From Spirochaetia bacterium (GTDB lineage Bacteria > Spirochaetota > Spirochaetia > CAKZLE01): a stretch of 64,000 bases of DNA. Below the pieces are notes generated by a model. That model saw only the letters and a program-made list of their open reading frames with translations, had not been told where the DNA came from and searched no databases. The stretch is from the NCBI GenBank assembly GCA_963677595.1, contig OY782041.1, forward strand, positions 2,368,001-2,432,000, given 5' to 3'. Of this stretch, positions 9,149 through 16,764 are shown one piece after another; positions within the stretch are counted from its first letter, which is position 1, and each line of letters starts with the position of its first letter. Both the position numbers and the translations under genes were made by a program.

Positions 9149-9842
9149 TCCCCTACAGACATTGTATCGTTCTCATTGATTGAAACCAACCTGGGGTACA
9201 ACCCCTGACAATACAGCTCTGCCCGGAGAGTCTTACGGGATTCCTGATTCTTATGTGGTACAAGGATCAAGGAAAATGAAGATTACCAATACTAAGGAGA
9301 AGAAGTGGCAATACGATTACAGACGACCAGAGACATTGCTGTCCAGGGAGTGAAGCTCCTGGTCTACGGTGCTGCCGGTGCCGGAAAGACCTCACTGGTG
9401 AGAACTCTGCCAAAACCGATTGTGCTATCAGCGGAAGGAGGACTGTTGTCCCTTGCAGATGAAGATATTCCGTTTATCGAGATCTCATCTGTATCTGATC
9501 TGCAGGATGCTTACAGCTGGCTGACCGGTGAAGAGGGGAGTGAATACCAGAGTATCTGTCTGGATTCCATCTCAGAGATAGCTGAGGTAGTGCTCAACTA
9601 TGAGAAGAAGCATGCCAAAGATCCCCGGCAGGCCTACGGAGCAATGCAGGAGCAGATCACCGATCTCATCCGTGCCTTCCGTGATATCCAGGGAAAGCAT
9701 GTCTATTTATTTGTCTGTAGATGTCAAGAGGTATAAACAAGAAAGTTTTGGCAATTCAAATAGACACAATTCTCCGAGACCTTAAAAATAAGGACTTGCG
9801 TGGGGAGGTGGTTAGTGATAGGCTAAAACCGTTAGATTGGCT

Positions 9843-11012
9843 TTAGCTGGTTATTGAGCTCTTATCGGAATTAATCTTGCAGGATCGGGTTCCGATGAGA
9901 GCTTCAAGTTTATAGTATTGCAGTTTCTTCAACAGATACTGTTCCCCGTCAGGCATCCGGTAGATATCACCGTTCTTCAGCAGAGCGAATCCGATAGAGA
10001 GCATCTTATTAGCAATGGCAACTGATGCTTTCTGACCAAGCTTCCGTCGGCTTTCAAGACGCTGCCAGTACCGAGTAAGAGAACAATCTCTCCTAAAGCT
10101 CTTGATCCCCCAAGCTCCCTGCATGATGTGCCTCCTGATCGGCATACACCCGTGACGAGAGACCCCAAGATGCTTATCGACCGTCCCGGATTGATCCTTC
10201 TTCGGGATGAGACCGATATAGTTCCTCAGTTGGTTAGCAGAAGAGAATCGGTCCCCATTACCGAGGAAGGCAATGAGCGTTACAGCCGTGATGTCTCCGA
10301 TACCAGGAATCGAGAGCCAGGAAAGAGCTTCTCGTGGGTGAGCGAGAATGATCTCCTTGAGCTTCTCATGAATACGTTCCATCTGCGACTCCAATGATTC
10401 AAGCTCTTCGAGCAGGAGCCCTGCACTGAATAGAGCTATCTCCTCGGTGAGCAGGGTCTCCACCCAGTCCCGTCGCTTGCGAGGATCCTTCAGATCCGAT
10501 TTCTTCAGGTCAGGGAACCCCATTCCCGTGAATACCGCATGAAGCTTGTTGATGACCTTCGTACGATACTGTGAATAGGCGATGTGAAGCTTGACTACTG
10601 AGCGCTCAGCAGATTCCTGTTCAGTCGGGATAGGAACCAGTACCCAGTTCTCCGGGTGGGCATCCCGTGCATACTTAGCCAATTTTGCAGCATCTTGCCG
10701 ATCTGACTTGCAGATCGACTCGAAGATGATATGCAGTTTCATGGGGTTGAGTACATACACGTCTGCTTCGGTGTGCTTCAGCAGATACCGTGCGAGGTTG
10801 AAGGAAGAGGTCCCTCCCTCCATGAAGATCGCATCTCCTGCTTTGAACCGTTCAGCGAGTCGCTGACGTCCTTGAGCATTCATCTTCTCGTTGAAGAAGT
10901 GATTCTTCATGAACCCTTCTTCTGCTAGTAGCATACACCCAACCAGAGTCTTCTTGGAAAGATCCAAGCCGATGATCCTGGTTGCCGTCAATCGTAAAGG
11001 TCTGTCTATCAT
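9843..11012 (-). CDS. IS110-family DEDD recombinase/transposase
   Basis: IIGLDLSK (D), FMEG (E), KSDRQDA (D,D), SIPGIG, YIGLIP..QSG (catalytic Ser), AIANK. Confidence 0.96.
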   Translation of the reverse strand: MIDRPLRLTATRIIGLDLSKKTLVGCMLLAEEGFMKNHFFNEKMNAQGRQRLAERFKAGDAIFMEGGTSSFNLARYLLKHTEADVYVLNPMKLHIIFESICKSDRQDAAKLAKYARDAHPENWVLVPIPTEQESAERSVVKLHIAYSQYRTKVINKLHAVFTGMGFPDLKKSDLKDPRKRRDWVETLLTEEIALFSAGLLLEELESLESQMERIHEKLKEIILAHPREALSWLSIPGIGDITAVTLIAFLGNGDRFSSANQLRNYIGLIPKKDQSGTVDKHLGVSRHGCMPIRRHIMQGAWGIKSFRRDCSLTRYWQRLESRRKLGQKASVAIANKMLSIGFALLKNGDIYRMPDGEQYLLKKLQYYKLEALIGTRSCKINSDKSSITS

Positions 11013-11074
11013 GGCAGCCTCCTCAAAATAAAATTAACGGATAGTTGGGAAGCTTTATGACAGGAAGTGCGTAG

Positions 11075-11235
11075 ATGCCCTTCATTTTTATTATTGAGAT
11101 CATTCCCGGGGAGAATTCCCCGGGAAGTCTCCAAGTAGTCTTCGATGACCGGTCAGTGTATCTTTCTCATTGAGGTATGTCTGAAAGTCCAGCATCCATC
11201 ACAATAGATCATTACACGATCACCGGTTCCCATTC
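11075..11235 (-). ncRNA. Predicted bridge/seek RNA in the 5' non-coding end of the IS110 (ends approximate)
   Basis: Two stem/internal-loop/hairpin units whose loop strands match the insertion target and the circle junction (see findings). Confidence 0.75.
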
Positions 11236-11556
11236 TCCGTCAAGAATAGGATAGCATCTATGACTTCTCAACTACAGTCATACTACTTTCTCAGCAAAGC
11301 TCGAGAAGACCCAGGACGAAATGGGAAGGATTCTCTATTCACCCTCGATGCCGGGGAACAAGACCGGACAGCAGCTTCCTTACTTTTTCGATGAGGTTCT
11401 CGCTTTGAGAGTAGAGAAGGATTCTGACGGAGTGACCCAGCGGGCACTCATGTGTGATGCCGATGGGATCTGGACGGCGAAGGACCGCTCCGGGAAGTTA
11501 GCACCCTGGGAGAGTCCTGACCTGGGAATGATCATCTCCAAGATCGGAGGTGCAGC

Positions 11557-11946
11557 ATGACCGATATCGAGAAAGCCTGCCAGGCCTGGGATGAGGCGAA
11601 GCTGGCAGAGAAAGCTGCAGTCGAGCAGCGGCGAGAGATTGAGGATTGGCTCAGTGGACAGATCAAAGTCCCTGAAAGCTTTGAAGGAACGAAATTAGTT
11701 CCTGCCGGTCCTTTCAAGATCAAGGTCACCGGACGGATGACTAGGAAAGTTGATGAGGTGGAGCTGCAGCGAATTGCTGCTATTCATGGAACAACCGATC
11801 AGCTGCCGAAGCTTTTCCGCTGGAAGGCCGAGGTGAGTAAGAGTGTATGGGATAAAACCGATCCCGAGGTGACAACCCCGCTGCTTGCAGCGATCACCAC
11901 GAAACCCGGGAGATTGAGTTTTACCATCGTCCGGGAAGAAGCATAA
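11557..11946 (+). CDS. Phage hypothetical protein (recombination module)
   Basis: 129 aa, ATGA overlap with the upstream gene, phage-like codon usage. Confidence 0.75.
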   Translation: MTDIEKACQAWDEAKLAEKAAVEQRREIEDWLSGQIKVPESFEGTKLVPAGPFKIKVTGRMTRKVDEVELQRIAAIHGTTDQLPKLFRWKAEVSKSVWDKTDPEVTTPLLAAITTKPGRLSFTIVREEA

Positions 11947-11963
11947 GGAGGAAAAGAGAGTTC

Positions 11964-12449
11964 ATGGCGTATTTAGGACAAGTATATAACGAGGCAGATC
12001 TTCCCCAGGAAGACTCCTTTGAGGCGATTCCTGCAGGCTGGTATGATGCCGAAATCAAAGAGGCTGATATCAAGGAAGCGAAGAGCGGAGGGAAATACAT
12101 CAACCTTCAGTTCAGTATCACAGGACCAACTCATGAGGGGAGGGTCGTCTTTGACCTGATCAACTTCATCAATAGGAATGCTCAAACCATGGAGATCGCT
12201 CACAAGCAGCTTGGTTCCTTGATCAGGGCAATCGGGCTGGTGAGGGTAGAGGATACTAATGAACTGGTTGGGGGAGCCTGCAGCATCAAGGTGGGCTTTT
12301 CCAAGACGAGTGAGGAGTATCCTGATCCGAGGAATGAGGTGAAGGGCTACAAGAAGAAAGAAGGAGCAGTCCCTTCGTTTCAGGCTCCGAAGCCTGCAGC
12401 AGCACCTGCTGCAGATGATAAGAGCACTCCTCCCTGGGCAAGACGATAA
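11964..12449 (+). CDS. DUF669-like phage protein (putative ssDNA-binding)
   Basis: FEAIPAGWY start, RNEVKGY, and an Ala/Pro-rich tail ending PPWARR; strong RBS; follows the Sak4-like ATPase. Confidence 0.8.
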   Translation: MAYLGQVYNEADLPQEDSFEAIPAGWYDAEIKEADIKEAKSGGKYINLQFSITGPTHEGRVVFDLINFINRNAQTMEIAHKQLGSLIRAIGLVRVEDTNELVGGACSIKVGFSKTSEEYPDPRNEVKGYKKKEGAVPSFQAPKPAAAPAADDKSTPPWARR

Positions 12450-12527
12450 AAGACGACCAAATCTGCCACATCCTCAGGAAGTGATTCCTGAGGAGTGTCT
12501 ATCGAACTGCGAATCAAGGAGGAGTGC

Positions 12528-13553
12528 ATGGCTATTATACCAGAGCCTGAAATCAATACAATATCCCTCATCAACCGATATCATGAAGAATTATCGGAGA
12601 AACCCCGTTATCATCTGGGCTTCTCTCTTCTCGGGCATCCCTGTGACCGATGGCTCTGGCTGTCTTTCCGCTGGGCGGTGAGGGAACAATTTCCCGGCAG
12701 GATCAAGCGCCTGTTCAGAAGAGGGCAGGATGAAGAGCTCACTGCAGCTTCAGATCTCCGGGCGATCGGGGTGGACCTGAGAGAAACCGGACGATACCAG
12801 CGGACGATCTATGCCGGGTCCCATGTTCAGGGATCTCCTGATGGAATAATCTATCATGGACTTCCTGAAGCATCAAAGACGATGCATGTGTGGGAATGTA
12901 AAACTCACTCCAAGAAGAGCTTTGATGAACTCGAGAAAAAGGGAGTAGAAAAGGCAAAGTGGCAGCACTTTGTCCAGATGCAGTGCTCCATGACCAAGGC
13001 GAATATTACCCGAGCTCTCTATTATGCAGTCTGCAAGGATGATGATCGTCTCTATACTGATCGGGTCTATATCGACCGGGAGATCGGAGAGAAATACATC
13101 GAACGGGGTAAAAGGATCGCCTTGAGTGAACGTATCCCCGAGCCGATGTCAGCTGATCCTTCCTGGTATCAGTGTAAGCTCTGTGCTGCTCATTCCTTCT
13201 GTTTTGAAGCTCAATCAACTCAGGAAATCAACTGCAGGACCTGTGCCCATTCCACCCCGGAAGTAAACAGCACCTGGACCTGTGCCAGATGGAAGGCTGA
13301 GATTCCGAAGGAAGCCCAGACAGACGGTTGCAGAGCTCATGTGTTTCATCCTGATCTTGTTCCCTGGAAACTGCAGGAAGAGAAATGCAGCGAGAGGGAG
13401 GCTTGCTGGATTATCGGAGACCAGGAAGTTATTAACGGAGAAGCCGGGTATTCAAGCAGGGAGATATTATCTGGAAGCCCCTTCGGCGATGCAGTCATTG
13501 ATACCATACGGGAACTTTTTTCAGGTGAGTTAATTACCACCACTACAACATAG
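12528..13553 (+). CDS. Phage PD-(D/E)XK exonuclease with Fe-S-like cysteines (Cas4/RecB-like)
   Basis: GHPCDR, GSPDG...WECKT, QMQ, CKLC..C; GGAGG RBS before 12528. Confidence 0.82.
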   Translation: MAIIPEPEINTISLINRYHEELSEKPRYHLGFSLLGHPCDRWLWLSFRWAVREQFPGRIKRLFRRGQDEELTAASDLRAIGVDLRETGRYQRTIYAGSHVQGSPDGIIYHGLPEASKTMHVWECKTHSKKSFDELEKKGVEKAKWQHFVQMQCSMTKANITRALYYAVCKDDDRLYTDRVYIDREIGEKYIERGKRIALSERIPEPMSADPSWYQCKLCAAHSFCFEAQSTQEINCRTCAHSTPEVNSTWTCARWKAEIPKEAQTDGCRAHVFHPDLVPWKLQEEKCSEREACWIIGDQEVINGEAGYSSREILSGSPFGDAVIDTIRELFSGELITTTTT

Positions 13554-13562
13554 GAGAAAAAA

Positions 13563-14948
13563 TTGAATGAGTTACATTTATTTGCAGGGGCAGGGGGAGG
13601 AATCCTCGGTGGCCACTTGCTCGGTCATAGAACAGTGTGTGCAGTTGAAATTGAATCCTTCCCAAAGGAGGTGCTGTTGCAGAGGCAGCGTGATGGAGTC
13701 CTTCCTTGGTTCCCTATCTGGGATGATATCAGGACGTTTGACGGAACCCCATGGAGAGACTGCGTCGACATTGTTTGCGGAGGATTCCCCTGCCAGGATA
13801 TTAGTGCTGCAGGGAAAGGCAAAGGGATTTCAGGTGAAAGGTCGGGGCTCTGGTCGGAAATGGCGAGGGTGGTCAGCGAAGTTAGACCAAAGTATGTCTT
13901 TGTGGAAAATTCGCCCTTGCTTACCGGACGAGGACTTGACCGGGTCCTCATGGATCTGGCCGGCCTGGGGTATGATGCAAGATGGGGAGTGTTGGGTGCA
14001 GATGATGCCGGTGCTCCTCACCGAAGGAAAAGAATCTGGATCTTCGCGTATGATCCCGACCCCAACATGTTCAGATACCAGAACAGCCAACATGAAAAGC
14101 TCTCAAACTTCAGAGAACACCATGCACAGTGTAACATTAGCGAGATTGGTGGAGAAAGAGCCTTGGAAGATATGGCCTACTCCAACGAGTACCGATGCAA
14201 CTGCCGGGGCAGTATTGAATCAGAACACGAAGCTGATCAGGTTGAAATCGGGGCGATTAAGGAAGGTTTCGAACAACGGGGTTGCAGGAAGCATTGGTCT
14301 GGCGAGAACGGTTGCACTATGGCCGACTCCGGACGCAAGCATGGGGACGAGAGGATTGGAGAAGGACTGGAAGCCGGTACGTCCAAGTGGGCATCATGCT
14401 CAGTACACGATCAATCAGGCAGTGAACGATGTAGAAACCTTTTGGCCGACTCCTACCGCAAGCGAGGATGTAGCAGGAACCCCGGAGGGGAAGATGCAAT
14501 GGATGCTGACCCAAGCAGCGAAGAGTGGATGCAAGACTCGGAAGGAATATCTTGGTGGGAAATCGACCCCGCGGAATTACCCGACCCCGACAACTTCAGA
14601 TCGTTTCAATGTAGAACCTCAGCACGACAAGGGGAGAAAGCTTCTGAGGATGGAAGCTCATCCAGAGGGAACCGAAAATCTGACTGCTGCTCAAGCAAAC
14701 CAGATGAATGGCCAGTTGAACCCGGATTGGGTGGAATGGCTGATGGAATGGCCGATTGGGTGGACCTCGCTGGAACCGCTTTCGGGGGAAAAATACCAAG
14801 GGTGGGTACAGGCATCGATAAACGTGTTAAAAGGCTTAAGGCGATAGGAAACGGTCAGGTCCCTGTGGTAGCAGCAATGGCATTTATTATCCTCTCTCAA
14901 GGAATCATTCCTGATGAAGAGTCTTTATCGATGGAGAACGTATGCTGA
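13563..14948 (+). CDS. Phage C5 DNA methyltransferase, catalytic chain (motifs I-VIII and X; no motif IX)
   Basis: LFAGAGG, GGFPCQD, FVENS, HRRKRIW, then about 250 aa of unconserved-looking sequence, then RLKAIGNGQVP. Confidence 0.9.
   Translation: MNELHLFAGAGGGILGGHLLGHRTVCAVEIESFPKEVLLQRQRDGVLPWFPIWDDIRTFDGTPWRDCVDIVCGGFPCQDISAAGKGKGISGERSGLWSEMARVVSEVRPKYVFVENSPLLTGRGLDRVLMDLAGLGYDARWGVLGADDAGAPHRRKRIWIFAYDPDPNMFRYQNSQHEKLSNFREHHAQCNISEIGGERALEDMAYSNEYRCNCRGSIESEHEADQVEIGAIKEGFEQRGCRKHWSGENGCTMADSGRKHGDERIGEGLEAGTSKWASCSVHDQSGSERCRNLLADSYRKRGCSRNPGGEDAMDADPSSEEWMQDSEGISWWEIDPAELPDPDNFRSFQCRTSARQGEKASEDGSSSRGNRKSDCCSSKPDEWPVEPGLGGMADGMADWVDLAGTAFGGKIPRVGTGIDKRVKRLKAIGNGQVPVVAAMAFIILSQGIIPDEESLSMENVC
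13567..14847 (+). CDS. Overprinted +1-frame partner chain of the methylase (five PTP modules + motif-IX-like segment); start uncertain
   Basis: 426 codons with no stop; repeats MIPTPT, IWPTPT, LWPTPD, FWPTPT, NYPTPT; GQLNPDWVEWLMEWPIGWT. Confidence 0.72.
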   Translation: MSYIYLQGQGEESSVATCSVIEQCVQLKLNPSQRRCCCRGSVMESFLGSLSGMISGRLTEPHGETASTLFAEDSPARILVLQGKAKGFQVKGRGSGRKWRGWSAKLDQSMSLWKIRPCLPDEDLTGSSWIWPAWGMMQDGECWVQMMPVLLTEGKESGSSRMIPTPTCSDTRTANMKSSQTSENTMHSVTLARLVEKEPWKIWPTPTSTDATAGAVLNQNTKLIRLKSGRLRKVSNNGVAGSIGLARTVALWPTPDASMGTRGLEKDWKPVRPSGHHAQYTINQAVNDVETFWPTPTASEDVAGTPEGKMQWMLTQAAKSGCKTRKEYLGGKSTPRNYPTPTTSDRFNVEPQHDKGRKLLRMEAHPEGTENLTAAQANQMNGQLNPDWVEWLMEWPIGWTSLEPLSGEKYQGWVQASINVLKGLRR

Positions 14949-16579
14949 GACCATATCAGGAGAAAGCGCTCAAGGACCTCTACAGCTGGTTCGAAACTCA
15001 TGAAGGACATCCGTGCCTGGTACTGCCTACCGGTGCCGGGAAGAGTCATATCATTGCCGAGCTCTGTAAGGATGCGATACAGAAATGGCCGGAAACCAGG
15101 ATACTCATGCTCACCCATGTGAAAGAGCTCATCGAGCAGAATGCCCAGAAGCTGAGGCTCCATTGGCCGAATGCACCCCTGGGGATCTACTCAGCAGGGA
15201 TCGGCAGGAGAGAACTCGGTGAACCGATCACCTTCGCCGGTATCCAGTCGATCAGGAACCATGAAGTCGGGCATATCGATCTCTGTATCATCGATGAATG
15301 TCATCTTGTGAGTCACAAGGCAGAAGGGACCTATCGGTCCTTCCTGCAGCGGCTCCAGGAGATAAATCCAGATATGAGGGTGATCGGGCTCACGGCAACT
15401 CCCTATCGTCTTGGGCATGGACTGATCACCGATGCTCCCGCCTTATTCGATGATCTCATCGAACCGGTCACCATTGAGGAGCTCCAGAGTCAGGGTTATC
15501 TTGCAGATCTCAGAAGTAAGATCACCAGGTCGAAGCTCTCAGCAGATGGAGTACACCGGCGAGGTGGTGAGTATATCGAGAAGGAGCTGCAGCAGGCAGT
15601 CGATGTCACAGCGAAGACGGAAGCGGTGATTGAGGAAGTGATCAGCCTGGCGGGTGTGAGAAAATCGTGGCTCTTTTTCTGTACCGGGGTGGAACATGCC
15701 CAGCACGTGAAGGAGATCCTAAACTCCCGGGCTATTGCAGCTGACTGCATTACTGGATCAACCGGGAAGAAGGAACGCCAGAGAATCATCGAGTCGTTCA
15801 AGGCAGGAGAAATCAGGGCTCTAACCAATGCCAACGTACTGACCACCGGCTTTGATTATCCCGATATCGATCTCATTGTGATGATGAGACCAACCTTATC
15901 ACCGGGACTCTATATCCAGATGGCGGGGAGAGGCCTGAGGCTGAAGAGCCATACCGATCACTGCCTGGTGCTTGATTTCGCCGGGGTAGTGGAAACTCAT
16001 GGCCCGATCACGAATGTGAGAATCCCGGGAAGAAAATCAGAAGATAGCGATGCTATTCCTCCCTCTAAGATCTGCCCCAAATGTGATGAGATCTTGGCTG
16101 CTCAGGCTATGGTCTGCAGGTACTGTGGTTATGAGTTCCCTGCAGCAGAGCATCATGACTGGCAGCTGCATGATGATGACATTATGGGGAAGGAAGAGAG
16201 CAGCATGCTGGTAACCAGCTGGCTGTGGTCTCCCCATATAAGCCGGAAAAGTGGGAAGGAAATGGTGAAGATCACCTATTTCGGAGCTCTCTCTGATATG
16301 CCGGTCGTTGAGTATCTGCTGATCTTCCATGACGGCTATGCCGGAAGAAAAGCTCTCGGGTCCCTGAAGTTCATAGCAGCAAGCTGCCAGGTGGAGATCG
16401 ATGAGAGCTGGAATATTGATGAGCTCTGTATGGTGTTCAGTCTGAAAAACCCTCCTGAGGCGATCTCCTACCGGAAGGACGGGACCTTCTACAGGGTAAC
16501 AGAGAGAGTCTGGGAGAAACGAGAAGAAGAGGGAATAGAGCCGGCAGACAGCTCATTCTATGCGAGGAGAATTGTATGA
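14942..16579 (+). CDS. SF2 DExH helicase (RadD/YejH-like) with zinc finger
   Basis: LPTGAGKS, DECH, TATP, QMAGRGLR, CPKC..CRYC. Confidence 0.92.
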   Translation: MLRPYQEKALKDLYSWFETHEGHPCLVLPTGAGKSHIIAELCKDAIQKWPETRILMLTHVKELIEQNAQKLRLHWPNAPLGIYSAGIGRRELGEPITFAGIQSIRNHEVGHIDLCIIDECHLVSHKAEGTYRSFLQRLQEINPDMRVIGLTATPYRLGHGLITDAPALFDDLIEPVTIEELQSQGYLADLRSKITRSKLSADGVHRRGGEYIEKELQQAVDVTAKTEAVIEEVISLAGVRKSWLFFCTGVEHAQHVKEILNSRAIAADCITGSTGKKERQRIIESFKAGEIRALTNANVLTTGFDYPDIDLIVMMRPTLSPGLYIQMAGRGLRLKSHTDHCLVLDFAGVVETHGPITNVRIPGRKSEDSDAIPPSKICPKCDEILAAQAMVCRYCGYEFPAAEHHDWQLHDDDIMGKEESSMLVTSWLWSPHISRKSGKEMVKITYFGALSDMPVVEYLLIFHDGYAGRKALGSLKFIAASCQVEIDESWNIDELCMVFSLKNPPEAISYRKDGTFYRVTERVWEKREEEGIEPADSSFYARRIV

Positions 16580-16764
16580 GACATCCAGAACCTGATTTTG
16601 TAACCGCCTGGCTGAGAGGAGAAGTCCCCAAATGCTGCCATACCTGTCTTCAGTATTCGGAAGGCGGGATTTGTAAGATCTTCAGCACAGAACCTCCTGA
16701 ACAGTTTGCCCGGACCATTAAGGCCTGCGATGACTGGGAATCTTTCGATGGAGTGCCATTTTGA
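16576..16764 (+). CDS. Small Cys-rich phage protein
   Basis: 62 aa, CCHTC...C...C; overlaps both neighbours. Confidence 0.65.
   Translation: MRHPEPDFVTAWLRGEVPKCCHTCLQYSEGGICKIFSTEPPEQFARTIKACDDWESFDGVPF

Larger units (their letters stand above)
9706..11289 (-). mobile_element. IS110-family insertion sequence
   Basis: TTT at both junctions (9706-9708, 11287-11289); imperfect subterminal inverted repeats (13/17); removal restores the interrupted gene. Confidence 0.92.
9305..11560 (+). pseudogene. Phage AAA_24/Sak4-like ATPase split by an IS110-family insertion
   Basis: Walker A GAAGAGKT and LDSISE in the 5' part. Joining 9705 to 11287 restores an in-frame ...GKHVYFSAKLEKTQDEMGRILYSP...AKDRSG. 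Confidence 0.9.

Noticed and set aside
9706-9708. TTT as a classical 3-bp target-site duplication
   Set aside because: IS110-family elements recombine through a shared core rather than making TSDs; the guides imply a TT core.
11177-11182. ATGTCT match to the left target flank inside the IS non-coding end
   Set aside because: Falls within the hairpin stem and has the wrong orientation for a guide; the AATAGA/TTTCTCA pair explains targeting better.
12528-13553. Cas4-like nuclease as a sign of CRISPR-Cas
   Set aside because: No repeat-spacer array or other cas genes seen; it sits in a standard phage recombination module.
13563-14948. Methylase double frame as a sequencing frameshift or pseudogene
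   Set aside because: Both frames are uninterrupted, and conserved motifs alternate frame 0, +1, 0. A single indel cannot explain that.
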